Source of the DNA: Treponema sp.
GTDB lineage: Bacteria > Spirochaetota > Spirochaetia > Treponematales > Treponemataceae
Direction: 5' to 3'
DNA length: 64,000 bases
NCBI GenBank assembly: GCA_034088785.1
Contig: JAXDVS010000128.1
Span: 49,709-113,708, forward strand
The translations under genes and the position numbers were made by a program. This document shows positions 48,738 through 57,881 of this stretch, one piece after another. The stretch's first letter is position 1. Every line of letters starts with the position of its first letter. Under the pieces are notes generated by a model. That model was not told the DNA's origin, did not search any database, and saw only the letters and a program-made list of their open reading frames with translations.

Positions 48738-48865
48738 AGCCAGTTCCTAATTTTTTACAGATTCCGAAATAAATTCGGAATGACGCATTTTTTTCTGTCC
48801 GCCTCGATTTCAGACTGACGCACTTTTATCTCCTTTCCTCTCATCAAAGAAAATTTTATCGCTTG

Positions 48866-48894
48866 TTGAAACATTCCAAATCACGATGTAAAAT
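48866..48894 (+). promoter_or_regulatory. Putative sigma70 promoter of nifJ
   Basis: TTGAAA-17 nt-TAAAAT upstream of RBS AGGAGG. Confidence 0.5.
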
Positions 48895-48970
48895 AGCTTC
48901 AATATAAATTTCAGAATTAACTTTTCTGCTTCTATTTGACAAAAATCCATAGTTAATTTAGGAGGACAAT

Positions 48971-51900
48971 ATGTCCAGAAAGAAACAGTCGATGGATGGA
49001 AACCAGGCTGCGGCTCACGTCGCTTACGCTTTTACTGAGGTAGCCGGTATTTATCCTATCACCCCGTCGTCTCCAATGGCTGACTGGGTTGACAACTGGT
49101 CTGCGAACGGCCAGAAAAACGTTTTCGGTGAAAAAGTAAAAGTAATCGAAATGGAGTCTGAGGCAGGCGCGGCGGGAACTGTTCACGGTTCTCTCGCTTC
49201 AGGAGCTTTGACAACAACTTTCACAGCTTCTCAGGGACTTCTTTTGATGATTCCGAATATGTACAAGATTGCGGCTGAGCAGCTTCCTTGTGTATTCCAC
49301 GTTGCTGCGCGCTGTGTCGCAACTCAGTCTTTGAACATTTTCGGCGACCACTCAGACGTTTACGCCTGCCGCCAGACAGGTGCAGCAATGCTCGCTGAGT
49401 CTAACCCGCAGGAAGTTATGGACTTGGCTCCGGTTGCACACTTGGCCGCAATCGAAGGAAAAGTCGCATTCATCAACTTCTTCGACGGATTCAGAACTTC
49501 ACACGAGATTCAGAAAATCGAGCTTTGGGACTACAAAGACCTCAAAGAAATGCTCAACATGGACGCTGTAAAGGAATTCAGAGCGCACGCGCTTAATCCA
49601 GAGCATCCAGCAATGCGCGGCTCTCACGAGAACGGAGACGTTTTCTTCCAGCACCGCGAGGCCTGCAACTCAACTTACGACGCTCTTCCAGCAGTTGTTG
49701 AGAAATACATCAACAAAATCAACGAGAAGCTCGGAACTCACTACGGCCTGTTCGACTACTACGGCGCGCCGGACGCTGACCGCGTAATCGTTGCGATGGG
49801 CTCAATCTGCGACGTTGCAGAGGAAGTTATCGACTATCTTACAAAGAACGGCGAGAAAGTCGGTCTCGTAAAAGTTCATCTCTACAGACCGTGGGTTTCT
49901 GCAAAATTCCTTGAGAAGCTCCCTAAGACTGTAAAGAAAATCGCAGTTCTCGACAGAACAAAAGAGCCTGGCTCTCTCGGAGAACCGCTTTATCTTGATG
50001 TTGCCGCAACTTTGCGCGAGGCTGGAATGAACGACGTTGTTCTTACTGGCGGACGCTACGGTCTCGGCTCAAAAGACACTCCTCCAAGCTCAGTTTTCGC
50101 AATCTACACAGAGCTTGCAAAAGACGCTCCAAAGCCGCGCTTCACAATCGGAATTGTTGACGATGTTACTCATCTTTCATTGCCGGAAGTCAAGCCAGCT
50201 CCAATCACATCTGCAGAAGGAACTGTAGAGTGCAAATTCTGGGGAATCGGCGGCGACGGAACTGTCGGAGCTAACAAAGACTCTACAAAAATCATCGGTG
50301 ACCACACGGACAAGTACATTCAGGCTTATTTCCAGTACGACTCAAAGAAGACAGGAGGAATCACAATTTCTCACCTGCGCTTTGGCGACCATCCAATCAA
50401 GTCTCCTTACTACATCAATCAGGCGGACTTCGTAGCTTGCCACAACCAGTCTTATATCGTAAAAGGATACAAGATGGTTCAGGACGTCAAGAAAGGCGGA
50501 ATCTTCCTTATCAACTGCCAGTGGTCTGACGAGGAGCTTGACAAGCATCTTCCTGCTGAATCAAAGAAATACATCTACGACAACAAGATTAAAGTCTACA
50601 CAGTTGACGCTGTAGACATCGCGACAAAAATCGGACTTGGAAAACGCACTTCAACAGTTCTCCAGTCTGCATTCTTCAAGCTCGCGAACGTTCTTCCTTC
50701 AGAAGAAGCAATCAAATATATGAAGGAAAAGGTTGTCGCAAAGTTCTCTAAGAAAGGACAGGACATCGTTGACATGAACTGCCAGGCAATCGACCAGGGA
50801 GCCGGCGCATTGCACGAAGTCAAAGTTCCTGAAAGCTGGGCAAATCCGGCTCCGGACGCTGCAAAACCTGCTCTCAAGGGCGAGGCAAAAACAGTCGCAA
50901 TGGTTGAGAAGCTCATGAATCCAATCGGACTTATGGACGGAGACAACCTTCCTGTTTCTGCATTCAAGGACAACGCAGACGGACAGTTTGAGCTTGGAGC
51001 TTCCGCATACGAGAAGCGCGGAACTGCGGTCATGGTTCCAGCATGGAATTCAGAGACTTGTGTTCAGTGCAACTCTTGCGCGTTTGTCTGCTCTCACGCG
51101 ACAATCCGTCCTTATCTTCTTGCCGCTGACGAGGCTGCAAAAGTTGAGGAACTCGGAGCAAAAACTCTCGCTGTAAAGAACCCGAAACTTGCTCAGTACA
51201 AGTACACACTGTCTGTTTCTCCGCTCGACTGCATGGGATGCGGCGAATGTACAACAGTTTGTCCTACAAAATCTCTCACAATGGTTCCTCAGGAAAGCCT
51301 TGTTAAGAACCAGCCTCAGTGGGATTACCTTGTCGCGAACGTTTCTAAGAAGCCGGAAGTTGACACATTGCCGCTTTCACCGATGACTTCACAGTACAAC
51401 CAGCCATTGCTTGAATTCTCAGGCTCTTGCGCAGGCTGTGCGGAGACATCTTACGCTCGCCTTATCACTCAGCTCTTCGGAGAGCATATGTACATTTCAA
51501 ACGCTACAGGCTGCTCTTCAATCTGGGGAGGACCTGCCGCTACAGCTCCTTACACAATCAACAAGGACTCAAAGAAAGGACCAGCTTGGGCTAACTCACT
51601 CTTTGAGGACAACGCAGAGCACGGACTTGGAATGTACGCAGGACAGAAATTTATCCGCGACAACCTTATTTCAAAACTCGAGGAAGAAGCAGCTTCTGAC
51701 AAGGCATCTGAATCAGAAAAAGCCGCAATCGCAAAATTCCTTGAGACAAAAAACGACACAATCGCAAACTCAGACGCTGTAAAAGCCCTTATTCCAGAGC
51801 TTGAAAAAGCGGCGAAGAACGGCTGTCCTATCGCTCCTGAGATTCTCGAGAAGAAAGACTACCTCTCAAAGAAATCTGTATGGATTTTCGGAGGAGACGG

Positions 51901-52525
51901 CTGGGCTTACGACATCGGATTCGGTGGACTTGACCACGTTCTTGCTTCCGGCGAGAACATCAACGTCATGGTATTCGACACAGAAATGTACTCAAATACA
52001 GGCGGACAGGCTTCTAAGGCTTCAAACATCGGCGAAGTCTGCCAGTTTGCTGCCGCAGGAAAAGAGATGGGCAAAAAGTCCCTCGCTGAAATTGCGATGA
52101 GCTACGGCTATGTTTACGTTGCGCAGATTGCGCTCGGCGCAAACCCGGCTCAGGCACTCAAAGCAATCAAGGAAGCAGAGGCTTACAACGGACCTTCCCT
52201 CATCATCGGATACGCTCCTTGCGAACTCCACGGTGTAAAGGGCGGAATGAACCACTGCCAGGACGAAATGAAGGCAGCTGTAAAGTCTGGCTACTGGAAC
52301 CTGTTCAGCTTCAACCCGGCTCTCAAGGCAGAAGGAAAGAATCCGTTCACGCTCACTTCAAAAGAAGGCGACGGAACTTACCAGAGCTTCCTGAACAACG
52401 AGACACGTTACTCTTCACTTACACGCAAGTTCCCAGAACGCGCGAAAGTTCTGTTCGACAGAAACGAAGAGGCTGCAAAAGCAAGATTTGTTCACTTGCA
52501 GAAACTTATCGAGTTGTATAAATAA
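48971..52525 (+). CDS. nifJ: Pyruvate:ferredoxin (flavodoxin) oxidoreductase
   Basis: Motifs YPITPSS, FTASQGLLLMIP, two [4Fe-4S] motifs (CVQCNSC, CMGCGEC), FSGSCAGCAE and TPP motif GGDGWAYDIG. Confidence 0.98.
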   Translation: MSRKKQSMDGNQAAAHVAYAFTEVAGIYPITPSSPMADWVDNWSANGQKNVFGEKVKVIEMESEAGAAGTVHGSLASGALTTTFTASQGLLLMIPNMYKIAAEQLPCVFHVAARCVATQSLNIFGDHSDVYACRQTGAAMLAESNPQEVMDLAPVAHLAAIEGKVAFINFFDGFRTSHEIQKIELWDYKDLKEMLNMDAVKEFRAHALNPEHPAMRGSHENGDVFFQHREACNSTYDALPAVVEKYINKINEKLGTHYGLFDYYGAPDADRVIVAMGSICDVAEEVIDYLTKNGEKVGLVKVHLYRPWVSAKFLEKLPKTVKKIAVLDRTKEPGSLGEPLYLDVAATLREAGMNDVVLTGGRYGLGSKDTPPSSVFAIYTELAKDAPKPRFTIGIVDDVTHLSLPEVKPAPITSAEGTVECKFWGIGGDGTVGANKDSTKIIGDHTDKYIQAYFQYDSKKTGGITISHLRFGDHPIKSPYYINQADFVACHNQSYIVKGYKMVQDVKKGGIFLINCQWSDEELDKHLPAESKKYIYDNKIKVYTVDAVDIATKIGLGKRTSTVLQSAFFKLANVLPSEEAIKYMKEKVVAKFSKKGQDIVDMNCQAIDQGAGALHEVKVPESWANPAPDAAKPALKGEAKTVAMVEKLMNPIGLMDGDNLPVSAFKDNADGQFELGASAYEKRGTAVMVPAWNSETCVQCNSCAFVCSHATIRPYLLAADEAAKVEELGAKTLAVKNPKLAQYKYTLSVSPLDCMGCGECTTVCPTKSLTMVPQESLVKNQPQWDYLVANVSKKPEVDTLPLSPMTSQYNQPLLEFSGSCAGCAETSYARLITQLFGEHMYISNATGCSSIWGGPAATAPYTINKDSKKGPAWANSLFEDNAEHGLGMYAGQKFIRDNLISKLEEEAASDKASESEKAAIAKFLETKNDTIANSDAVKALIPELEKAAKNGCPIAPEILEKKDYLSKKSVWIFGGDGWAYDIGFGGLDHVLASGENINVMVFDTEMYSNTGGQASKASNIGEVCQFAAAGKEMGKKSLAEIAMSYGYVYVAQIALGANPAQALKAIKEAEAYNGPSLIIGYAPCELHGVKGGMNHCQDEMKAAVKSGYWNLFSFNPALKAEGKNPFTLTSKEGDGTYQSFLNNETRYSSLTRKFPERAKVLFDRNEEAAKARFVHLQKLIELYK

Positions 52526-52542
52526 GATAAGCTGAAAAACTA

Positions 52543-52626
52543 CGGCGGCTAAGCTTAAAAAAGCCGCCGCAAAGCAGAACGCCCGCCGTGCATTGGCAAA
52601 ACCAATCACGGCGGGCGTTTTGTTTC
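52543..52626. terminator. Tandem hairpins/terminator between nifJ and the convergent ATPase
   Basis: CGGCGGCT...AGCCGCCG and AACGCCCGCCGTG...CACGGCGGGCGTTTTGTTT. Confidence 0.75.
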
Positions 52627-52692
52627 ATTGAATGTACAAGGCCAACAAAAAAGCAGTGGAAATTTCATGGTCTTCCGTTGCCTAGCCTCCCC

Positions 52693-54048
52693 CTAAATCC
52701 TCGGCACGCCGCCGAAGTTTCCTTCAAGATAATTCTCGTCCATCACCTTGTCTATGCGCACCTGCTTCTCGTCAAAGCTTGAGAGCTTGCTTGAGCCGTC
52801 GGATTTTGTCTCGCAGACCCACACCTCGTCGCGACGCAGAAATTTGTGGCTCATCAGCCTTGTCTCGTGAGTTGTGACAATAAGCTGCACATTGCGGTCT
52901 TTCACAATCTCAAAGAAAGTCTCAATGAATTTTATTGTCAGAAGAGGATGCATGCAGCGGCTTATCTCGTCAATCACAAAAACCTTGTCCTTTGCTGTCA
53001 TAAGCACATCCAAAAGCTGAAAAAGCCTGTAAGTTCCGTCGCTTTCGCGCCTCATCTCATAGTCAACTTTCTCGTCTCCATACTGATGGACAAATTTCAG
53101 GACATAATATTTCGCGTTTCCGCTCTCGTCCAGCTTTATTGTGAATATATTCGCGCGGTTTCTGATTACGGCAGACCAGTTGCTTTTCTGCCCGCTTATA
53201 ATGCTGTTTGTGCGCGCCATATTCATCTGAAAATCAAGTTTTGTCTTGTCGATAAACGAAAGATTCGCCTTTACCTTGTCCTCGCTCACTTCCTCTTTCT
53301 TGATTTCCACAATTCCAGTCCCGAATTTCTTCAGAAGCTCAGCGTAATCCTGTAGCGAGCATGAATCGTCAAGAAGAGCCGTATCGTTTATCGGCTGGTC
53401 AGGATAGATAACCTCGAAATTTTTTGCGAACCACTCAAAAATCCGCCTTAAAATAACCGCACTGGAGTTTTTCTCGTAGAAAGATTTTGTGTTGTGGTTC
53501 ATGCAGTAAAGAAAAGGGCTTTCGCCGCCAGAAAAAACATTCGCCAGAACTTTTATTTCCCGGCAGTTTTCAAGGACAGAGCCGAACTCAATTCCGGATT
53601 CAAGCGACTCCTTGTTAAATAGATATTTTTTCTCCTCTCCCTTTGTAAAATAAAGCCACTCTGAAACCACAAGTTTTTTCTGCATATCGACTTTAAGACC
53701 GTAAGTATAAGGCGCATCGTCAATCAGAAAGCATATTTCAAAAAACGAAGGCTTTTCCTTGTTCTCGCTTTTTATGCGGCAGTAAAGCTCGGCGGAATTC
53801 TGCACGATATGCCCCGAAAGAACATAGCTGCGCAAAACATTCATCGCCTTGAAAAAATTGGACTTGCCCGCGCTGTTCGCTCCGTAAACCGCGGCGAATT
53901 TAAGAACGCCAGTCTTCAAGACCGCCGCATTGTTTTTCGGATAGTAAAGATGCTCTTTTTTTGTGCGGAGCTTTTTTCCGCCTGCCAAAGAAAGAGTCTG
54001 GATTGAGTCATAAGACAAGAAATTTCCGCATGAAAATGAAACGAGCAT
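52693..54048 (-). CDS. AAA_21/AbiEii/RloA-like ABC-fold ATPase
   Basis: MLVSFSCGNFLS, Walker A GANSAGKSN, signature ESDGTYRL, Walker B IDEI, TTHE and C-terminal NYLEGNFGGVP. Confidence 0.88.
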   Translation of the reverse strand: MLVSFSCGNFLSYDSIQTLSLAGGKKLRTKKEHLYYPKNNAAVLKTGVLKFAAVYGANSAGKSNFFKAMNVLRSYVLSGHIVQNSAELYCRIKSENKEKPSFFEICFLIDDAPYTYGLKVDMQKKLVVSEWLYFTKGEEKKYLFNKESLESGIEFGSVLENCREIKVLANVFSGGESPFLYCMNHNTKSFYEKNSSAVILRRIFEWFAKNFEVIYPDQPINDTALLDDSCSLQDYAELLKKFGTGIVEIKKEEVSEDKVKANLSFIDKTKLDFQMNMARTNSIISGQKSNWSAVIRNRANIFTIKLDESGNAKYYVLKFVHQYGDEKVDYEMRRESDGTYRLFQLLDVLMTAKDKVFVIDEISRCMHPLLTIKFIETFFEIVKDRNVQLIVTTHETRLMSHKFLRRDEVWVCETKSDGSSKLSSFDEKQVRIDKVMDENYLEGNFGGVPRI

Positions 54049-54481
54049 ATTCGCCCCCGATTGCAGTTTGCTCTCCGTTTTTTTCGTGTTACACGAATAA
54101 TATTTATATTTTCGGAACAATTCAAGATTTTCTTCAATAATTTTATCATTTTATTCGATTTTTACGAATTTAAATTTGACAAATCGGCAGACGGTGCTTA
54201 TATTTTAACTAAGGTTAATTCGATTTTATCGAATTACTTAAAAAACATTGCAGGAGGCAAACAAATTGATTTTCTAAAAAAGGCTTGACAGCCTTAAAAA
54301 AAACGGGCAACAGACAAAAGGAAACGTTTCGGAGTTTCCAGAAAACATTTCTTTTTTTGAACAAGACGGACAAGGCCGGAATCAAAATTCGAACCTTTTA
54401 TCAAAAGATTCAGGACTAAATTATGAAAGGAATTGTAAAAAGCCTGAACCGACGAATTTATTCACATACAAGAGGTATAAG

Positions 54482-55258
54482 ATGAATATCAACACATTAA
54501 ACACAACATCAGTTGAACACAAATCAAACGAAGTGCCGTTCGCGCTATACAAAAACGCTTTTAGCGGAAAAACAGCCGGCAGCTACTATGCGCGCATTAT
54601 CAACCAGGGAACCTGCACAACAGAAGACCTTGTCTGCGACATTATCACCGCGGGACTGAACAAAAGCTACTCAAAGGAAGAGCTTTTATCGGTTGCAAGT
54701 CTTTTAAGAAACGCAAAGATTGCCAGAATCCTTACGGGCTGCACCGTTGACGACGGATTCACAAAAAGCAGCCTGAAACTTTCCGGCGTGTTCAAGTCAA
54801 AAAGCGACACATTCAGCAGTGAACGCCACGCACTTTCTGTTTCTTGCTGCGTCACATCGGAGACAAAGGAGCTTGTAAAGACGATAGTTCCTGTAATCCG
54901 GCAGGGAAACAGCATTGCGCCAGAAATCACAGAAGTGCATGACCTTGAAAGCAAAAGCGCGGAATATCTTACAAAAGGCGGATTTTTAGGCATAAAAGGA
55001 ACGAACATTGCCGTCTCAGGCGAAAATGAAGACGTGGGGCTTTACTTTGTGAACACAGAAGACGAGACAAAGACCGTAAAGCTCACCTCAGAAAAGCTCG
55101 GCCGCAACGAGCCGAGAACAGTCTCGTGCGTTGTTCCAAGCGAGCTTGAAAGCGGAATCTACAAGATAATGATAAAGACGCAGTTTGTAAACGGAAAATA
55201 TTCTTCAAAAGAAACAAAGACTCACATCTTTGAAAAAGAATTTCAGACAACAGTCTAG
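54482..55258 (+). CDS. HU-like DNA-binding domain + DUF4469 (Ig-like) protein
   Basis: N-terminal YYARI...T.EDL..I....L.G..V...GF pattern and C-terminal APEIT.V.D...G..I.G.N...G.YF...RNEP...VP..L..G.Y pattern. Confidence 0.75.
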   Translation: MNINTLNTTSVEHKSNEVPFALYKNAFSGKTAGSYYARIINQGTCTTEDLVCDIITAGLNKSYSKEELLSVASLLRNAKIARILTGCTVDDGFTKSSLKLSGVFKSKSDTFSSERHALSVSCCVTSETKELVKTIVPVIRQGNSIAPEITEVHDLESKSAEYLTKGGFLGIKGTNIAVSGENEDVGLYFVNTEDETKTVKLTSEKLGRNEPRTVSCVVPSELESGIYKIMIKTQFVNGKYSSKETKTHIFEKEFQTTV

Positions 55259-55276
55259 TTCATTAAAGAAAATTTG

Positions 55277-55329
55277 AAACGGTGTTCTCTGGCAGAAGAT
55301 TTTATTTTACCGGAGAACACCGTTTTTTT
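55277..55329 (+). terminator. Intrinsic terminator
   Basis: AAACGGTGTTCTC...GAGAACACCGTTTTTTT. Confidence 0.8.
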
Positions 55330-55420
55330 ATGCGCAAAGGTTGCCTGCTGCAAAACAATAAACTAGCGGCATGACAGCCTAAAGATTTGCAAGCAACAAA
55401 ATCTAGGCTATTCTATGATA

Positions 55421-55640
55421 ACTGACAATGCTAGCAAGTGTCGCAATACAACCTACGCGACGGATACTGCTAATGCTAGCAGGTGTCGCAATACAGCTTA
55501 CGCGACGGCTACTGACAATATTAGCAGGTGTCAAAAACTCGGTTACGCAGCGCCCCTTTACAATGTTGTCAGAAGTCAAAACACAGACTATGTGACGGCA
55601 CCTGACAATGCTGATAGCTGCCAGAATTTAAGACCATAAA
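55421..55640. repeat. About 5 degenerate 45-bp tandem repeats
   Basis: Units start at 55421, 55466, 55511, 55556 and 55601 (ACTGACAATGCTAGCAAGTGTCGCAATACAACCTACGCGACGGAT), diverging progressively. Confidence 0.85.
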
Positions 55641-55687
55641 AAATCGGCAGATAAACAGGAATTTAGAGAAGCTGGAAAATGAATTCC

Positions 55688-56118
55688 TTATGCCTCAAAC
55701 CAGTTCTCAATTTTTAACGGAAAATATTTTTGAATCGCAACGAAGTCTTTTATGTTGCGTGTAACTAAAACTAAATCATTCGCCATGGCTGTCGCGGCAA
55801 TTTGAGCGTCTTGATAAAGCAACGGCGTTCCGTTTTTTGTTAAAACAGCAAACATATCGCTTTGTAAATCGGCGCATTTTTTGTCATAGGCAATAATTTC
55901 AAAGAATGGAAGAACCTGCTCCTCAACGTAAGCTGAAAGATAGTCTTTCTCCCAGCAGACATTCTTTTTATGCCTGTCTGTAGTTCATACCAAGTTATTG
56001 AGGAAATCGCACAGAAATCAGAATATAAATCCAGTTTTTCCTTTACAAGCTCGCTTGGCATAGTTTTTGAGCCGTCAGAAACAATATTGGTATCAAGCAG
56101 GTAAATTTTCTTTACCAT
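55688..56118 (-). pseudogene. vapC: VapC (PIN) toxin, frameshifted near 55945
   Basis: N-terminus YLLDTNIVS...ISSITWYEL. After a frame change it reads KDYLSAYVEEQVLPFFEIIAYDKKCA...QDAQIAATAMANDLVLVTRNIKDF..IQKYFPLKIENWFEA*. Confidence 0.85.
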
Positions 56119-56384
56119 ATATTCTCCACAGTTCCTCGCAAAGGTTCGCTTTTATCGCGAAGATTCTCAAACACGCCGTTAATTTCTTTAGCATTATTCG
56201 GAGTATCAAGCAAATCGGAATATTTTGACCTGAAAGATTTTAGACGCTCAGAATATTTTTTTGCGCTATTCTTAGAAGAATACCCGGATGATTTTTTCAG
56301 AGACTCAACAATCAGTGACAACAAGTCAAATTTTTCTGTCTCTGTCATTGTTGCAACATTTTCAATAACTGCTTCAAAACTCAT
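56112..56384 (-). CDS. Putative antitoxin of the VapC module
   Basis: 90-aa ORF directly upstream of vapC and overlapping it; C-terminal ..NLRD...R....W tail typical of such antitoxins. Confidence 0.7.
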   Translation of the reverse strand: MSFEAVIENVATMTETEKFDLLSLIVESLKKSSGYSSKNSAKKYSERLKSFRSKYSDLLDTPNNAKEINGVFENLRDKSEPLRGTVENIW

Positions 56385-56468
56385 CTTGTACCTCCTGACA
56401 AAAAGATACTATACATATTTTACGGTGTCAAGAAAATAAAATGATTCGATTGTATTTCGGCAAAGGAT

Positions 56469-57881
56469 TTATGAATTAAAAAGCATTGTATGCATTATCT
56501 TGTCATATTCTGAAAGAAAAACTTTATCATCTGCAATGAAATCAAAATACGTTTTCTGTCCATAATCATTATATATATTTATTTCATCTGCTAATAATTT
56601 CATAAGATATGACTTTTCATCACGGATAAAAAAACTATCTAATTTTATGTAGGGATTAGTATAATAAGTTTTATTCAGACAGAAAAAATCCCTAAGATTT
56701 TCAGAAAACTGTCTGTATTTTCCAGTATAAATATTAGACGAAAAATCAACATCCTTAAAAAACAATGTAAATGTGCCGTTTGAATTGTTTTTTACTGTGC
56801 AAAGATTCTTGGAATGGAAAACATAAGACGCTATGCAGCTTACAATTTCATAAATCAAAACCGCATAGCTGCAAAGCTCTAATTTTACTCCAGCCGCCAG
56901 TGTTATTTTGTGGCAAAGCTCAACTTGGCTGAATATTTTTTCCTGAAGCCGTCGGTCAATTCCGTTGAACATTTCCGCTAAAAACTCTTCAAGAAAGCTC
57001 TCATCAAAATTGATTGGAGCAACAGGAACATCTTTTCTCGTCCACTCGCAAAATTCTTTTTCAAGTCCGTTCATCACTTCTAAAGACTTGTTCGGTTTGC
57101 CATTTGACAAGGGAATTGAAATATCAATAATTTTTTGAAGATATGAATCAGCAAACTGCATTGCATTATGCTGCGGAGTTGGATTTAAAAAATTCTTTCC
57201 AAAGACCTTGCATATGCTGTCTGCCAAATTTGATTTATCAATAGCGACAATCTGGAAAACCGGCATTTTATTGCAGACGTGATGAAGCCTTTCCAAAACT
57301 TTTATCGCATATTCAGGCAAGCAGCGGTCCAGTTCATCAACAACGAGGAGGATTTTTAATTTTTCTGAAAGACTTTTTAGAACATCGCGGATTTCTGCAA
57401 GAGTTTTTCTAAGCGGAAGCATTGAATCAATGTCATTCGCAATTTTTGTTCCATGTTTTATTCTATAAAATAGATTCTTTTTGTTTTTTATAGATTTATC
57501 AATATCGATTTTTATAAAATACTTTGCGATTCCAGCAGCAAGAATTTCCAAATCAGAAGCAGCTTCTTTCAACAATTCTGCAACAACAGATTCGTAAAGC
57601 GATTTTTGTTTTGTAACCTCATTCAGTTTCTCAATCATCACTGAAAGCAGGGCGACAAGCGGCTCTTCATAAAAATCATTTTCCCAAGCGTTATAATGAA
57701 AAACCAGATATTCACCATTAGGCAACTGGGATTCAAGAGCATCCAAAATCCAAGTTTTTCCGCTCCCCCAGTCTCCGTCAATGGCAATTGAACAGCCGTT
57801 CTTATTCTTGGATTGATTTGCGATTATGTTTTTTAGAAGATTGATGAATGGCTGGCGGGAAAGATGGTCGATTTTAATCAA
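56469..57881 (-). CDS. KAP-family P-loop NTPase
   Basis: Walker A IAIDGDWGSGKT, YNAWEND, Walker B VVDELDRCLP and YLQKII. TTG start overlapping the upstream stop. Confidence 0.9.
   Translation of the reverse strand: MIKIDHLSRQPFINLLKNIIANQSKNKNGCSIAIDGDWGSGKTWILDALESQLPNGEYLVFHYNAWENDFYEEPLVALLSVMIEKLNEVTKQKSLYESVVAELLKEAASDLEILAAGIAKYFIKIDIDKSIKNKKNLFYRIKHGTKIANDIDSMLPLRKTLAEIRDVLKSLSEKLKILLVVDELDRCLPEYAIKVLERLHHVCNKMPVFQIVAIDKSNLADSICKVFGKNFLNPTPQHNAMQFADSYLQKIIDISIPLSNGKPNKSLEVMNGLEKEFCEWTRKDVPVAPINFDESFLEEFLAEMFNGIDRRLQEKIFSQVELCHKITLAAGVKLELCSYAVLIYEIVSCIASYVFHSKNLCTVKNNSNGTFTLFFKDVDFSSNIYTGKYRQFSENLRDFFCLNKTYYTNPYIKLDSFFIRDEKSYLMKLLADEINIYNDYGQKTYFDFIADDKVFLSEYDKIMHTMLFNS

Noticed and set aside
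54240-54290. Strong RBS (CAGGAGG) in the intergenic region before DUF4469
   Set aside because: It is followed by no ATG and an immediate stop. At most it is a deletion scar, too weak to call.
55421-55640. Possible DGR template/variable repeat pair
   Set aside because: The repeats are short and tandem, differences are not confined to adenines, and the window has no reverse transcriptase or target gene.
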